A stretch of 63,370 nucleotides of DNA, filler included, from Choristocarpus tenellus KU-1152 (lineage: Eukaryota; Protista; Phaeophyceae): assembly GCA_964200185.2 (NCBI GenBank). It is 12 parts of 12 records of this genome, joined end to end, with 100 filler letters (N's around TTAATTAATTAA, not from the genome) between each part and the next. Parts side by side here need not be neighbours in the genome. Positions count along the whole stretch, not along the records: positions 24,129 to 26,641 come from CAXNAD020027181.1; positions 26,742 to 35,106 come from CAXNAD020004803.1; positions 35,207 to 40,809 come from CAXNAD020010276.1; 9 more parts are not named here. One strand, 5' to 3'. The notes beneath the pieces are model-generated. The model saw only the letters and a list, made by a program, of their open reading frames with translations. It did no database searches and was not told where the DNA came from. A program made the position numbers and the translations under genes. The first letter of the stretch is position 1, and the number at the start of each line of letters is the position of its first letter. Positions 26,561 through 38,127 of the stretch are shown here, one piece after another.

Positions 26561-28477
26561 AAACAAACAGTGGATATGTTACAGGCGAATAGAGCGAGTA
26601 TTTCTTCTTGTATTTCAACGAAGTGCAAACGGTTGTTACACNNNNNNNNNNNNNNNNNNNNNNNNNNNNNNNNNNNNNNNNNNNNTTAATTAATTAANNN
26701 NNNNNNNNNNNNNNNNNNNNNNNNNNNNNNNNNNNNNNNNNCCCCCCCCCATATACTTTGAGTCTTGGTGTGGAATAGATACACTGAAAGCTGCGGCATT
26801 GGTCTGGAGGTGGATTCGCTGAAAAACTTAACCTCATTGGTGTGGAAGTGGATACGGAAAAGTGGTCACAGTGGGTGGTGACTGGGTACATGGAGATTGG
26901 CTGTATAGTAGGGGCGGTAACAAAGTGGTGGTGGTGTGACGTTGGTGCGGTGAAGAGGTGTTGATGGTTTGAAGTTAGTGTAGTATGAAGTGGGTGGTGA
27001 GGCGTCAGTTGATGAGAGGTTGAGTGGATGTAATGGTAAGAGAGGCTAACTCATCGATTAATGGAGGATTTGTCAGAAAAGGGAAATTGTGCATATGTTA
27101 TGGGGCGTTGTTCTATGTTATGGGGGATGAGATGAGAACCACCAGAGATGAGGTTCAGAAAGGAAGTGAGAGATGGGGCTGGGGCATGGTGGGGGTACGT
27201 TGACCACCTCAAACGGCCGTATTGATCAATATCCACTGTAATTGGTTACGATAAGTCAGAACAGAATACACAATGTCGAACTCCGCTGTTTGAACCCACC
27301 GTTCATGTTTAATTTTACCGCGAGCCATTCGCGCGTTTGACCCACACCACATAATCTAAACTGAACCTCAGTCGAAAACTGTACAGTGCGCAAAAGCGTA
27401 TGGTTGGGGCATTATTCACATCAGTATCTGGACATCCCGAAAAAGAGGACCTTATACCACACATAGGTTGTATTTCGAATGTAGGGAAAGATTGTTTTAC
27501 GCTTCTACACCTCTTTTGGATTGATATCACTTTTTTCGTCTCTTCCCCCATATATATATCTATCACTCTGGATCATACTTTTGGAACATACTGCGTTGTT
27601 GATAAATTCCTGTCTAAATTTTCCCTTTTGTATTATACTTACATTATATATGAAATGTATGTATCATCTGTATCAGAGTAAAGATGGAAGGTTGATCGAT
27701 TATGTTGATTTTGTTGTGTTGAGTCAGTGATTAGACATTAGACTCGTGTACGATTAACGAAATATATGCAAATTAATCGTATGTATGTACTAAAAGTATT
27801 TTGTATGTTGGTAACTCACATAGGCGATGGATGTCCCTGGGACCTGTTCCATCCACTTTCCGTTTGTATGTGATACGTTACGGTAATAAGATACCACCAT
27901 GGGACTTCAATCATGATGTATATATTTTTCATGTGAGAGATAAGTTGATGGATGATACTGTTGGAGGGGTACTGACATTTATGAACGAGAACCGAGTTCT
28001 AAGAATAACAGAAGAAACAGAACCTCAATTTTGATAAAAACACATCTCCAAAATGTCCGATGGCATATTAATAAAACACAACAATATGACTAGTTATAGT
28101 ATTTAGTATATATATTTAATACTACTCATATGTACTAAAATCTGTACCAGTAATAAGAGTTAGTATATTATAGTGCAGTATGATAGTGTAAAGCCTCACA
28201 CTTCGAACAATTTTGCGTAGTCAGAGTTACTATTATGGTCTTGGTGATAACTTGGGTGATGGATAGAACCCATAAATAATATCCTCTCATACTATTGATG
28301 TTAGATAGAACACTAAACATAGAAAGTAGTAGAACCATCCTTACCGAGATCGGACAACCTACCCGTGTCCCACAGACGAATATTTGGTAACATCCCAGTC
28401 TCAACCATCAACGTCGCCTTCTTTATATTGATTGTTCGTGTAGCTTCATTGCAACTCCTGTTCTGGACTGTGGGAAT

Positions 28478-31400
28478 ATGAGACGACCAGGTTCGTTCCC
28501 TGTTCCAGTCTCGCCACATCTTCAGCCAAAGATACCCAAGGTAGCAATCACTGAGACTTGTAGAGATGGAAATCAAGCACAGGGAGGATCAGAACAGTGT
28601 TGGAGACACATTCGGATCGTAATTTACCTCCTGTTCTGGCTTCCAGTTATCCTGTGCTTGGGTTACGTTTTCTTTCCACCCGTGAAGGATGCGATGCAAC
28701 GGCCACAGTTCATTGGAGGCGGGCGGATGGCCGTGGTTGTCCCATCACACAAAGGAGACATAAATCTTGTTCTGCAATCTGTTCTTCAGTGGCCTTCGAA
28801 ATGCTCTACTTCAGTGCAAAGACACATGGATCTCGTACTGTACTACGCAGGAGCAGCAGACAACCACGTAGTTGCTGTCTTCGATCATCTCAACAAAGAG
28901 GCCTCTTCTTGCTTCGCCTCGACAAAGCTTGTTTATGGGCGCCTTACAGAAGAGGTGATGAAATCATGTTTGGTATGAGCACGCACGATGCCCACTTCTC
29001 CCTCAAATTCCTGCTGTTACTTCACTGGGTAAATAACTTCTACTTTGAGTTGGACCCCAAAACAACATCGTGCATCAATGCGCCCTTCAACTCCTGCCAC
29101 CCTCCTGTATACTTGCCCATGTTAGGAGATGGTTTACCCCAGAGGCCCTTCTGTCCAGTTCTACAAAATGTTCCTAGATGATGAAGTGAAGGAGCACTTC
29201 TCCTCTTATGACATGCTGGCATTGATCGAGTGGGATGTCACCGTCACACACGACACCTCGTTCGAACAGCTCTACTCAATAGCATTTCAAAATGGTGAGC
29301 CATTTTGGGTGAAAGGGAGCACGCTTGAAGGGGATAATTTCCACGCCACGTCAGCTTTGGCAGGGTCCTGGCATATTCTCGGCCACCTTAATGGAAATGC
29401 AATATACAACAACACGGACCCAACATTCAAAGAGTTCATTCACTACACAAGAGACCAATGGGGCTACAGCTACTCCTTCGATGTGGCGATGTGGGCTACA
29501 GTATCAGACTTTCCATACAGCTGGCCCTTGTGGCAGCGCTACTCCCGTAAATTTGTGGCTTCAAGCTTGGTGAGATAGTGGAAGGAGAATCTCGGCTTAG
29601 AATTATGATATACTCCAGAGGATTTGGGAAATCTTACGACAATGTCAAACATATTTCTTCACCATCAAGCGAACTTTTTTTGGACACGTTTAATACTTTT
29701 TTGAAATATTTGGTCACTCTTTTCACGCTAGGATTACTAGTACTTGATACTTCTAGTATAAGTGTAAACTAGTTAGCAGAAACATTTTTTTCGGGAAAAA
29801 CATTAATTTGGGTGCATTTTTGAGGGGCTTGCTCTTCTCCTATCTGATTGCGACCTGTGTTGGCGTATTTCTACGATACATTCCTATACCTATTTGCGAA
29901 AGGCTACATGAATCCACAGTTTCTTACACAAGTTTTAGTATGTAGGTACTTTGTAGGATCACTGAATATTTTTCGTTCAAGGTATGCCATGAAAGCGATT
30001 TAAGTTGGGGCCAACACGAATATGCTGACTTTTGAGGAAGCATGTACCAAGTTGTTGCGGACATATGTGAGAGAAAGTACAGAAGTTGTTTGAATATCAT
30101 ATCATATAATCTTCTGTTTACAAGGCCACTGCCCTGCAGGGATATTGTAAATTATCACTCACCCACGAAGAAAACAAACCTCATTTTTTGTAGCGCCTCA
30201 TACCACACATCCATATAAGAACAGCCCCATCATTTTCAGCTCTCTTCCTTAGAGTACTACAAACTCGTCTTGTCTTCGTTACGTATTTCAGATGGCACGT
30301 TTTTCTGCTGTTTTGTCCGCATCATAAATACTAATTCCTCGATGTACCCCCCACAACTGATATGTGATGGCTGGTGCTACCCTGTCTGTTGAGATCGCGA
30401 ACGTCGGCTTTGTTGATGTGAACAATGACACACTGGTCAATGCAATGAAAGGGAATACATTATTTGTTCATGGGAGCACTCATGGAGGGGGAAGCAGAAA
30501 ATACAGTGAAAATGCTGAGTTCAACTCCTCTGTGCATGCCTCTCGCGAGTGTACACTGCTGTGTGGAAGTAGCCATGGACCCTTGCCCAAGGGTACAAGT
30601 ACTGTGTGCGACCCTTCATGCTCACTGGGTAGAGCCAAGCTGCAACCCCGTTTTGGAGGCTTCTTGTGCGGGGCCAGTGACAAGCGTAAGTATGGAAAAG
30701 GCTGCCGCCTTTGCTACACAAACCTGAAGGAAGCACAGAAAGCAGATACGGTATTGGGGAACCGCTTGATGCAAGGTGTCACCGGAGAATTGAATAAGGC
30801 TTGCAATCAGCGTCAACATGTCATCATGTGTGACACGCTTGCACCACCACCTGCTAGGAACTGCAGCGCTGGGTGCATTGCTGAAAAGAATACGGTGAGT
30901 TACAAGAATGAACTATCCGCTTATATTTGGCATATCCACAGTCCTGCAGTGCCAGCGACAGTACTGACTAAATCATTGAGATAGGCACAGATCATTGTTT
31001 ATGAGACCTCTTGATCTGGACATTATGTATCTGAGGCTGCATGTGACCCAATGCCAGTCACCGACATTTGTTGAAGAAGTGTACAATGTACTTCGTATCT
31101 GAAAAGTAGTGACATGCCATGTCCAGTCTGTACAATACGTGTTGGTATATGAAGTAGTCTTACAAGGTGAAAGTATCTTAGAGGGTACGATTTTTGCCCT
31201 GTTAGTCCATTTGGGGCTTGGCTTCCCACAGGTGTTTTATGACATTTTTCTACTCCGATATGTTTCGGAGTAGGTAAAATTTTTGTACGCTATGAAAAGG
31301 TATGGGCGGAACAAGGATATTGACGCCTCCAAAAAACACGATAGTCAAAATTACATCAAAATCGGAACATTGGATTTTGATACCCAAATGGACGCGGCTC

Positions 31401-31946
31401 TACCCTCTAAGGTACTTTGGCTCACATACTTTATATACATTCCATAATTATGTGTTTTTTCTTCCTGTGCCTTTTTCTTTTGCAATGTTCTTTCTGGTTG
31501 TAACAGATATGTGACCCCACTTGTGATGATCAGCGTTTTGGAGGTTACGGCTGTGATTTTAGAGGGCATGGGATCTCCTGTCGTTCATGCTTCAATGATG
31601 AGGAGATTGCTCGAAAAGCAGATGCTATCGCTGAACTTGAAGGCGGGAGGGTAGTGATGTGCAACACCCATGAGCCCCCACTGCCGCAGTCCTGCAGTCC
31701 GCCGCTCAATGAGGATCTAATTTCTGCTATTCAAGATGAGGGGAATATTGAATCACCTGAAAGTTTGGTATCGAAACAACCATACAGGCTAGGCACCGTC
31801 GACCACAGAAATCATTGTGTTGTGCTCCGTGGTTATCAGAATGTGCATGCTGAAATAGCCTTGACTGTGGAGAGCGTGCGTCACTTTATGGCAGGAGCTA
31901 CAGTTGTCCTTGCAACGGACCCAACAACATTCTTCTCTTTTAACAG
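28478..31946 (+). CDS. Type II membrane glycosyltransferase-like protein with two Cys-rich modules and a second GT-like domain (3' exons not found)
   Basis: Phase-compatible exons 28478-28954, 29126-29569, 30394-30894, 31507-31946. N-terminal TM IVIYLLFWLPVILCLGYVFF; GT-A-like AVVVPSH, IEWD (DxD-like), FWVKGS, HLNGNAIY; two CDPxC..RFGG..C..CRxC..MCxT..PP modules; then CVVLRGY...TVESVRHFM.GATVVLAT. Confidence 0.8.
31165..31423 (+). mobile_element. MITE family C, intronic, 3-bp TSD ACA
   Basis: aca|aggtgaaagtatcttagagggta...taccctctaaggtactttggctc|aca. Confidence 0.85.
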
Positions 31947-32738
31947 GTGAGCAAAAGTTAAAGTGTATCATCACTTGGTGTGATAGACGGAACAGGTTTA
32001 CCATAGCGCTGAAAGCGTAGGCACTTGATATAGCTTTTTTTTAATCTTGTATATTTTTTAAAGACCTAGAAAAAAAAAGAACTTTATTTTTCTTTCATTG
32101 TGAGTGGTACAATATAAACCGACATCTGCATTATCATATACTCAGTATACATCTGATTAAATGCCTGCAAGGTGTTGGCAGTCTCATTTTCTGATGGTCA
32201 TGTTGCACATGTGCTGGCAGAGTGTGTGCAGGAGAATGTACCTGTTTTGGCTGATCTCGTGCAATAAGGATGCTAGTATTAGAATGGATGCTGTAGATAC
32301 ATATACTTGTATATGTGAGGAAGACCGGATCCAATGCCTACATATTTTATTACTCCAACTGACTTTTTGCAGACGATGTTGTAGAGGAAACAAGATCAAC
32401 CATTGTTGCTTGACAAATTATATAACACAGCAATAGCATAGTCTGTATTACCTTCTGGTACACCGACAAGAGTTGTAATGTATTTGAAAACAAGGAACTA
32501 AGAAGCCTACTAGACAAATTACAGCTGGAACTACTCTTAAACTGGTACTATGAATGTGGTTTTGAAAGCTGTCAAGCCATGTCTTGCTCATTCAATATCT
32601 GTACGTGAATGTATGATGTGTGATCTGACGTATTGAGTGGAACAAATCTGACAATAAGACAATAATTTGAATAATGAAGATAAGACAGACACGAAAGTTT
32701 TGAATTGTTATGTTTGTATAGGATTGCGTACTTTAAGT

Positions 32739-32997
32739 GAGTGAAAGTAACTTAGAGGGTATGAGTTTTGCCCTGTTTGCCCGTGGGGCTTGGCTTCCCA
32801 CGTTTTTTTTTATGACATTTTACCTAATCCGAAATATTTTGGAGTAGTACAATGTATATACGTTATGAAAAGGTATGTCTGGAACAAGAATATTGACACT
32901 TCCTAACAAACATGATAGTCAATATTACATCAAAATCGCAACATCGGATTTTGGCGCCCAAACGGACACGCCTCTACCCTCTTAGATAATTTGACTC
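32739..32997 (+). mobile_element. MITE family C, 3-bp TSD AGT
   Basis: agt|gagtgaaagtaacttagagggta...taccctcttagataatttgactc|agt. Confidence 0.85.
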
Positions 32998-33021
32998 AGT
33001 TGTTGATGCTTGGAGGCATCA

Positions 33022-33199
33022 TACCCAAAGTATCTTGGAGGGGGGGGGGGCTACACCAGGGTGTCCATTTCGACCGAAATCAGGAAAAGTGCACTTTCAT
33101 TATCCATCCAACGTATGGAATCAAATCACCCAAAAATCGCGACATGAAAAAATTGTCCCTGAATGTACAGCTGCCACCCCCCTCCAGATACTTTGAGCC
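33022..33199 (-). mobile_element. MITE family A, apparent 4-bp TSD ATCA
   Basis: atca|tacccaaagtatct...ccagatactttgagcc|atca. Confidence 0.85.
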
Positions 33200-33213
33200 A
33201 TCATTATGATTGA

Positions 33214-33393
33214 GGCTCAAAGCATCTGGGAGGGGGTGGCACCTGTCCATTTGAGGTCAATTTTTTCATGTCGCGATATTTGGGTGATTTGATTCCATAC
33301 GTCGGATGGATACTGTAAATGCACAATTCCTGATTTTGGTCGAAATGGACACCCTGGTGTAGACCCCCCCTCCCCTCCCAGATACTTTGGGTC
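33214..33393 (+). mobile_element. MITE family A, 3-bp TSD TGA
   Basis: tga|ggctcaaagcatctgg...ccagatactttgggtc|tga. Confidence 0.85.
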
Positions 33394-34249
33394 TGAGATC
33401 GATTCTCCCTCCTTTCTGGACCATGCTACCCTTGATTAGCCTGCTCCTATGGTGTCGTAAGCAAAAGTAAAATGTCATAGTTTTTTTTCATAGAAGGTAA
33501 TTGGGACAACCGTTGCGTGTAATGCAAAGGTTCTCATCGTTAAGGCTCTTGTCATACTATTCAAAGCAGTACAATCTCTATTATTATGTTGTAACTCCTT
33601 GCATACTATTTTCTCCCATCTAATATTAAATCTTCAAAATGTCAATATGCATGAAATAGCAAAGTTGGATATAATGAAACCATTTTGTCGAAGTAAACAC
33701 AGTTAGGTGCCAGATAGTTTCGAGGACATTCATAAGGTTAACTTCCACGTACGCATAAAGCCAAACAAAATTGAGAGGTAGGGGGGGGTGGACCCTACTG
33801 CATTCTAAGCCATATTTCTTACCCTGTTCTATTCACCCTATTTCATTGCTTTATGTGCAAAATAGTGTAAGCAAAATTGATATTCTCCCTTTCCATCCAC
33901 ACAGTGACACCACAATTATGCAAAGAAGGCTCTTTCTGAAATTGTGCTAAATTATATCTTTTTGCCCTTTCTTGGGATCTTTGAAATGCATTCTCAATTG
34001 ATTTGTCCCACACAATACTGGACAAATCTTGACTTAACTATTTTATTCATCGCAAATCAGTAGAGATATATGCCAATAGTTGTACGCGAAGAAGGTTGAA
34101 GGAGTTATGAAGATGTACAAATCACTCTTACCCACGAATCTTGTACCACAAATCATGTACCGGGTATAGCTCACGAGTAACTTGTGTCTAGGTCGTCTTC
34201 GTATACCTTTCTTAGGTTACGATTTGAATACGAAATAACTATCGTTACA

Positions 34250-34530
34250 AGTCTTACTTTGCGATTCAATAGGAACAACAATACTCGTGTACAGATGTTC
34301 TTACGTTGTTTCAATTTAGAGTGGAAGAAAAAGAGAGGCGTGGAGTTGCATTTGAAGGACGGATACTGACAAATACTATCAAAACTCGAGTTTTTTTTCA
34401 AATGCATATATATAGGAACTTTCTGAATTACGACAACTGTTACTTTTTTGGAGTTCTGACATTTGAATGGTTTTTCATAGGTTTCCCCTTGACACATCTC
34501 CAAAATGTCAGAGGGCATAATAACAAAATA
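34250..34530 (+). mobile_element. Decayed LINE-like 3' end with hairpin motif
   Basis: Similar to 15880-16070; ends cccttgacacatctccaaaatgtcagagggcataataac. Confidence 0.45.
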
Positions 34531-34934
34531 AATCTCACCAGCGAATACCACTTGGCATGACGTATTGATGTCTATATCTTCAATACGACTTCATCCCTCC
34601 ATTACATACGAAACTTTTATTAGTGATTATATAAACGTCGCCACGGTTGAATTCTGTCAAGAAGTTTCAAACAGAGTAATTAACCCTTTCAATCAAGTAA
34701 AAATTAGTACTTTACCCATAGAAATAAGAGTGAGTTGCAAAAGATTTTAACCCCTCCAAAATGATTTGCCCTCGTCAACACAAGTTGTACAGATCACGAT
34801 GTGTTGATTCATCAACATCTCATCATGACGTTTTTGCAAGATCTGTCCCACACTTTCAGAAATATTAATGGCTACAAATAAATGGGAATGAGGCAATGGA
34901 AGAGTGAAGAGTTAACTCCTAACTATTTGACTTA

Positions 34935-35106
34935 GTCTCAAACTATCTGGGGGGGCGGAGGATGACGGCTGTCCATACGGGACCCATTTTTCCATGTCGC
35001 GATTTTTGGGTGATTTGGTTGCATGCGTCAGATGGATAACGTAGGTTCACTTCTCCTGGTCAGGGTCCGAATGGACACCTTGGTGTAACCCCCCCCCCCC
35101 TCCAGA
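34935..35106 (+). mobile_element. MITE family A, truncated at contig end
   Basis: gtctcaaactatctggggg...cccctccaga. Confidence 0.8.
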
Positions 35107-36119
35107 NNNNNNNNNNNNNNNNNNNNNNNNNNNNNNNNNNNNNNNNNNNNTTAATTAATTAANNNNNNNNNNNNNNNNNNNNNNNNNNNNNNNNNNNNNN
35201 NNNNNNTAGTCTTATGTTTAGGACATTTTATATACATATATATATATATATTTTTCATTGTTTCCCCCCTGACACATCTGCAAAATGTCAGAGGGCATAA
35301 TATATATATATATAGTAGATCTTTTGTGTGGTTATGGAGAAAGAATTAAAGATTACCACTGAGGGCGAGGCTAATGGTACCACCTTACCAATAATTTCCT
35401 TCTTTTACTCCCATTACCATTAATAACTGTACTATTATTCTCATTTCCATCAATACCATATTTGAGTCATCCAGGTCCTCGACCCTCAAATGACGTCATG
35501 TATTCCACTGATGTATAATCACTGTAATGTATCATTGTGAGCGGGTTAAAGTTATTCCTGTGTTTGTGGTACAACGATCAAAGTGCTGCCAACACTGCTT
35601 ACTACAACGGTAATTCTATGAGGTTGTTTCTCTGGAAAGAGAATCTAGTGAGGACGGGGTTCCAATCCAGACACACCTTGACAGAAATTCGGAACGAACT
35701 GACCTACCACACCGCTCATGTGCAGCTTGCGTAGGCTACGCTGGCAGGTTGATAAATTAAATTGAGCTGGCCCACCATACCCTATACCCATACTTCGTCC
35801 TAATACCTCACTCAGTATTTCAGTTGGTGTCTCTGTCTTACAGGCATCATATCCATACATAGTTTTACCTACGTACCGTCCGTACTATCGTTATTAAATG
35901 TAGGTGACAGATGACGATATTTCTGTCTCTAACATTTTCATTTAATGGATCAAGTGATAAAGCAAGCAGGTTGAAGACCACGGTTTGTTAGACCACCCCA
36001 ACATGTAGGGACAGTTCCTAATGTGGCGAGTACTAAAACTCCAACCTGTCAACCGTCTTCACTCATAAGGTGGTGTTCGTTCCCTTCTTTCCGAACCACT
36101 GAAGGTGTCTCGAAACATT

Positions 36120-38127
36120 ATGGTGCTCCGACTATTCCAAGTAGTTGGTGTGCTTGTACTTCCCCTGTGCAGCCAGTCCCTCAAGTTATCCCCAAATTTA
36201 TTCAACAAGCCGCTAGTGGTAAGTCGTCCCGTTGATTCTCCAAGATCGTTCGGAGCAGGACCAGCTAATGTGCGTAGAGGGAAAGACAGACTTCTGATTC
36301 GCACGGGTATGACTGCCAGTGGCCCCAATGGCAATGAAGACTTCTCAAGCATCGGATCCTCCGAGCCACCCGCCTGGGGCTGGAGCAAGGTAATCCCCCT
36401 AGTCAATATTTTTGTTGATTGCCGTCTTCTCCACGCCGACAACTCGTGCATACTGATTTGGATGGTTAACGTGCTTCAATCTTGTCAAATGGTACCAAGC
36501 CGTTCGAAAAATGACTCGCGGGTACCATAGGAGGACCCGTTTCGGTTGTACCCCAATTGTGTAAACAGTTTGGCCTCGTCAGATATGATATACAAGATAT
36601 TTTCTTGCCTAGAGAACCACATGTACGCCCACCCCCAGATAACAGGATAGTTGTAGTGACCGGGCAAGTCTTATTGTGCAACTCCTGCACCATGTATACA
36701 TGCACGTACATGTACAGTCCTCCATGGGTACACAGTGTCGGCCGTGCGAGGTATTTCAACAAGGTGAAAATATCTTTTTGCCAAATTGGAGATATCTCAA
36801 CACTTCGATCCTTTTACTCGCATCAAATTCTACCCTTGTATCTGCAATCAATTCTCCGAAAACATAAAGTATTGAGTTGCTACCTAGGTGCTATCGTGTT
36901 GGCGTGTGTCGTATGTCCACTTAAGCTGTATGATCCCGATCAAGGAGCTGTCAACTGTCTGTTGTACCACATTTGTATCAGTTTTACTCCCAGGTGCTAT
37001 TATATGTACACCACGATACACTATTAAGAAATTACCTCTTTGTACTTGAAATGAGGTATCAGCTCGAAGTACATTTTCACGGAATGCAAGTAGGTGAACC
37101 TTTATAACAGCTGCATACTCCTGATCAAGAATGCATGCTTAGACTGAACTCCTAAAGTCTGGCAAAGTTTAAGTAACATGCACCATACCGTTGAACAGGT
37201 ATGAGGTCGCATGATACTATCTTAGCAAGGATTGCTGAAAGGTGAAAATATATTTTTCCATGCGTTTGCCTCCTGTTCCTTCCCATGCTGTTGTTGCTCT
37301 GGCCGACCTCGTTCTCATTGACCAAACAGGAAGAGCCGAAGTCATCCCTGAGACATCTACAGTCACCTCTGCCCAAGAGTCAGGCATGGTCAGCAAACCC
37401 TTTAGTATTGAATCTGGTGCAGCTCTTTCACTGGGCACTGTCTGTGCCTGCCATTCTCATCTCTCTCTCTGTGCTGCGTAAAATGGACTTCTGGCTAGGA
37501 GACGGAATCTTTGGGGGAAGCAAAGAGAGGCTTCTGTTGCTGCTACTCTCTCCAGTGATAGGTTTCGTGGGAGGTCTCCTGCCAGCAATCATGATGCATG
37601 AGTACGAGGGCTGGCAGGTAGCTCCCTTCAAGAATCCTCTACTGGAGAAGTTCGATATTCGGGATAACAACAATCAGTTGGTGAGAGAGGTGGCTTACCG
37701 CTTAGTCCTCCTGATGCAGTTCATTGGACTGCAAACATTCTCACTTGCTGTTCTGGGATTTGGCTTCTTCAACGGAACCTTGCTGACCTTGTCCATTGCA
37801 GGGATGCTCTCAGCATATCTTGGTAACCAGAAGTGGAAGGCTACCTTCTACCTCTTCGACCAATCCACCTTCCCAGTGGCATGGCTTACCCTAATTCCCT
37901 TTTCTGCGGCGATGATGCTGAATCTATATGCCTTCCATGCCATTGGGAACTCTGCTGTTGGCATGCTAGCACTACTGCCAACACTGTTAATCTTCTTTGG
38001 TGGTGTTCTTGAGTCTCTATTGGTTGAAACCCGTTTTAACCAATGGTGTCACGTGGGGGCTGTGGCGATCATGAATGCGGGAATATGGTTGCAATGGGCA
38101 ATAGTAAGGAAGATTCCTCTGGTCTGA
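36120..38127 (+). CDS. Multi-pass membrane protein with a probable plastid bipartite presequence; apparently complete 4-exon gene
   Basis: Phase-compatible exons 36120-36389, 36531-36622, 36718-36763, 37330-38127. Signal-like MVLRLFQVVGVLVLPLCSQS followed by an S/R-rich transit-like segment; about 7-8 hydrophobic helices with FHW, MHEYEGWQ and GGVLE..VETRFNQWCH. Confidence 0.75.

Noticed and set aside
27050-28034. Faint RT-like words (PQG, DD) in AT-rich sequence
   Set aside because: Too degenerate, and orientation conflicts with the adjacent hairpin repeat.
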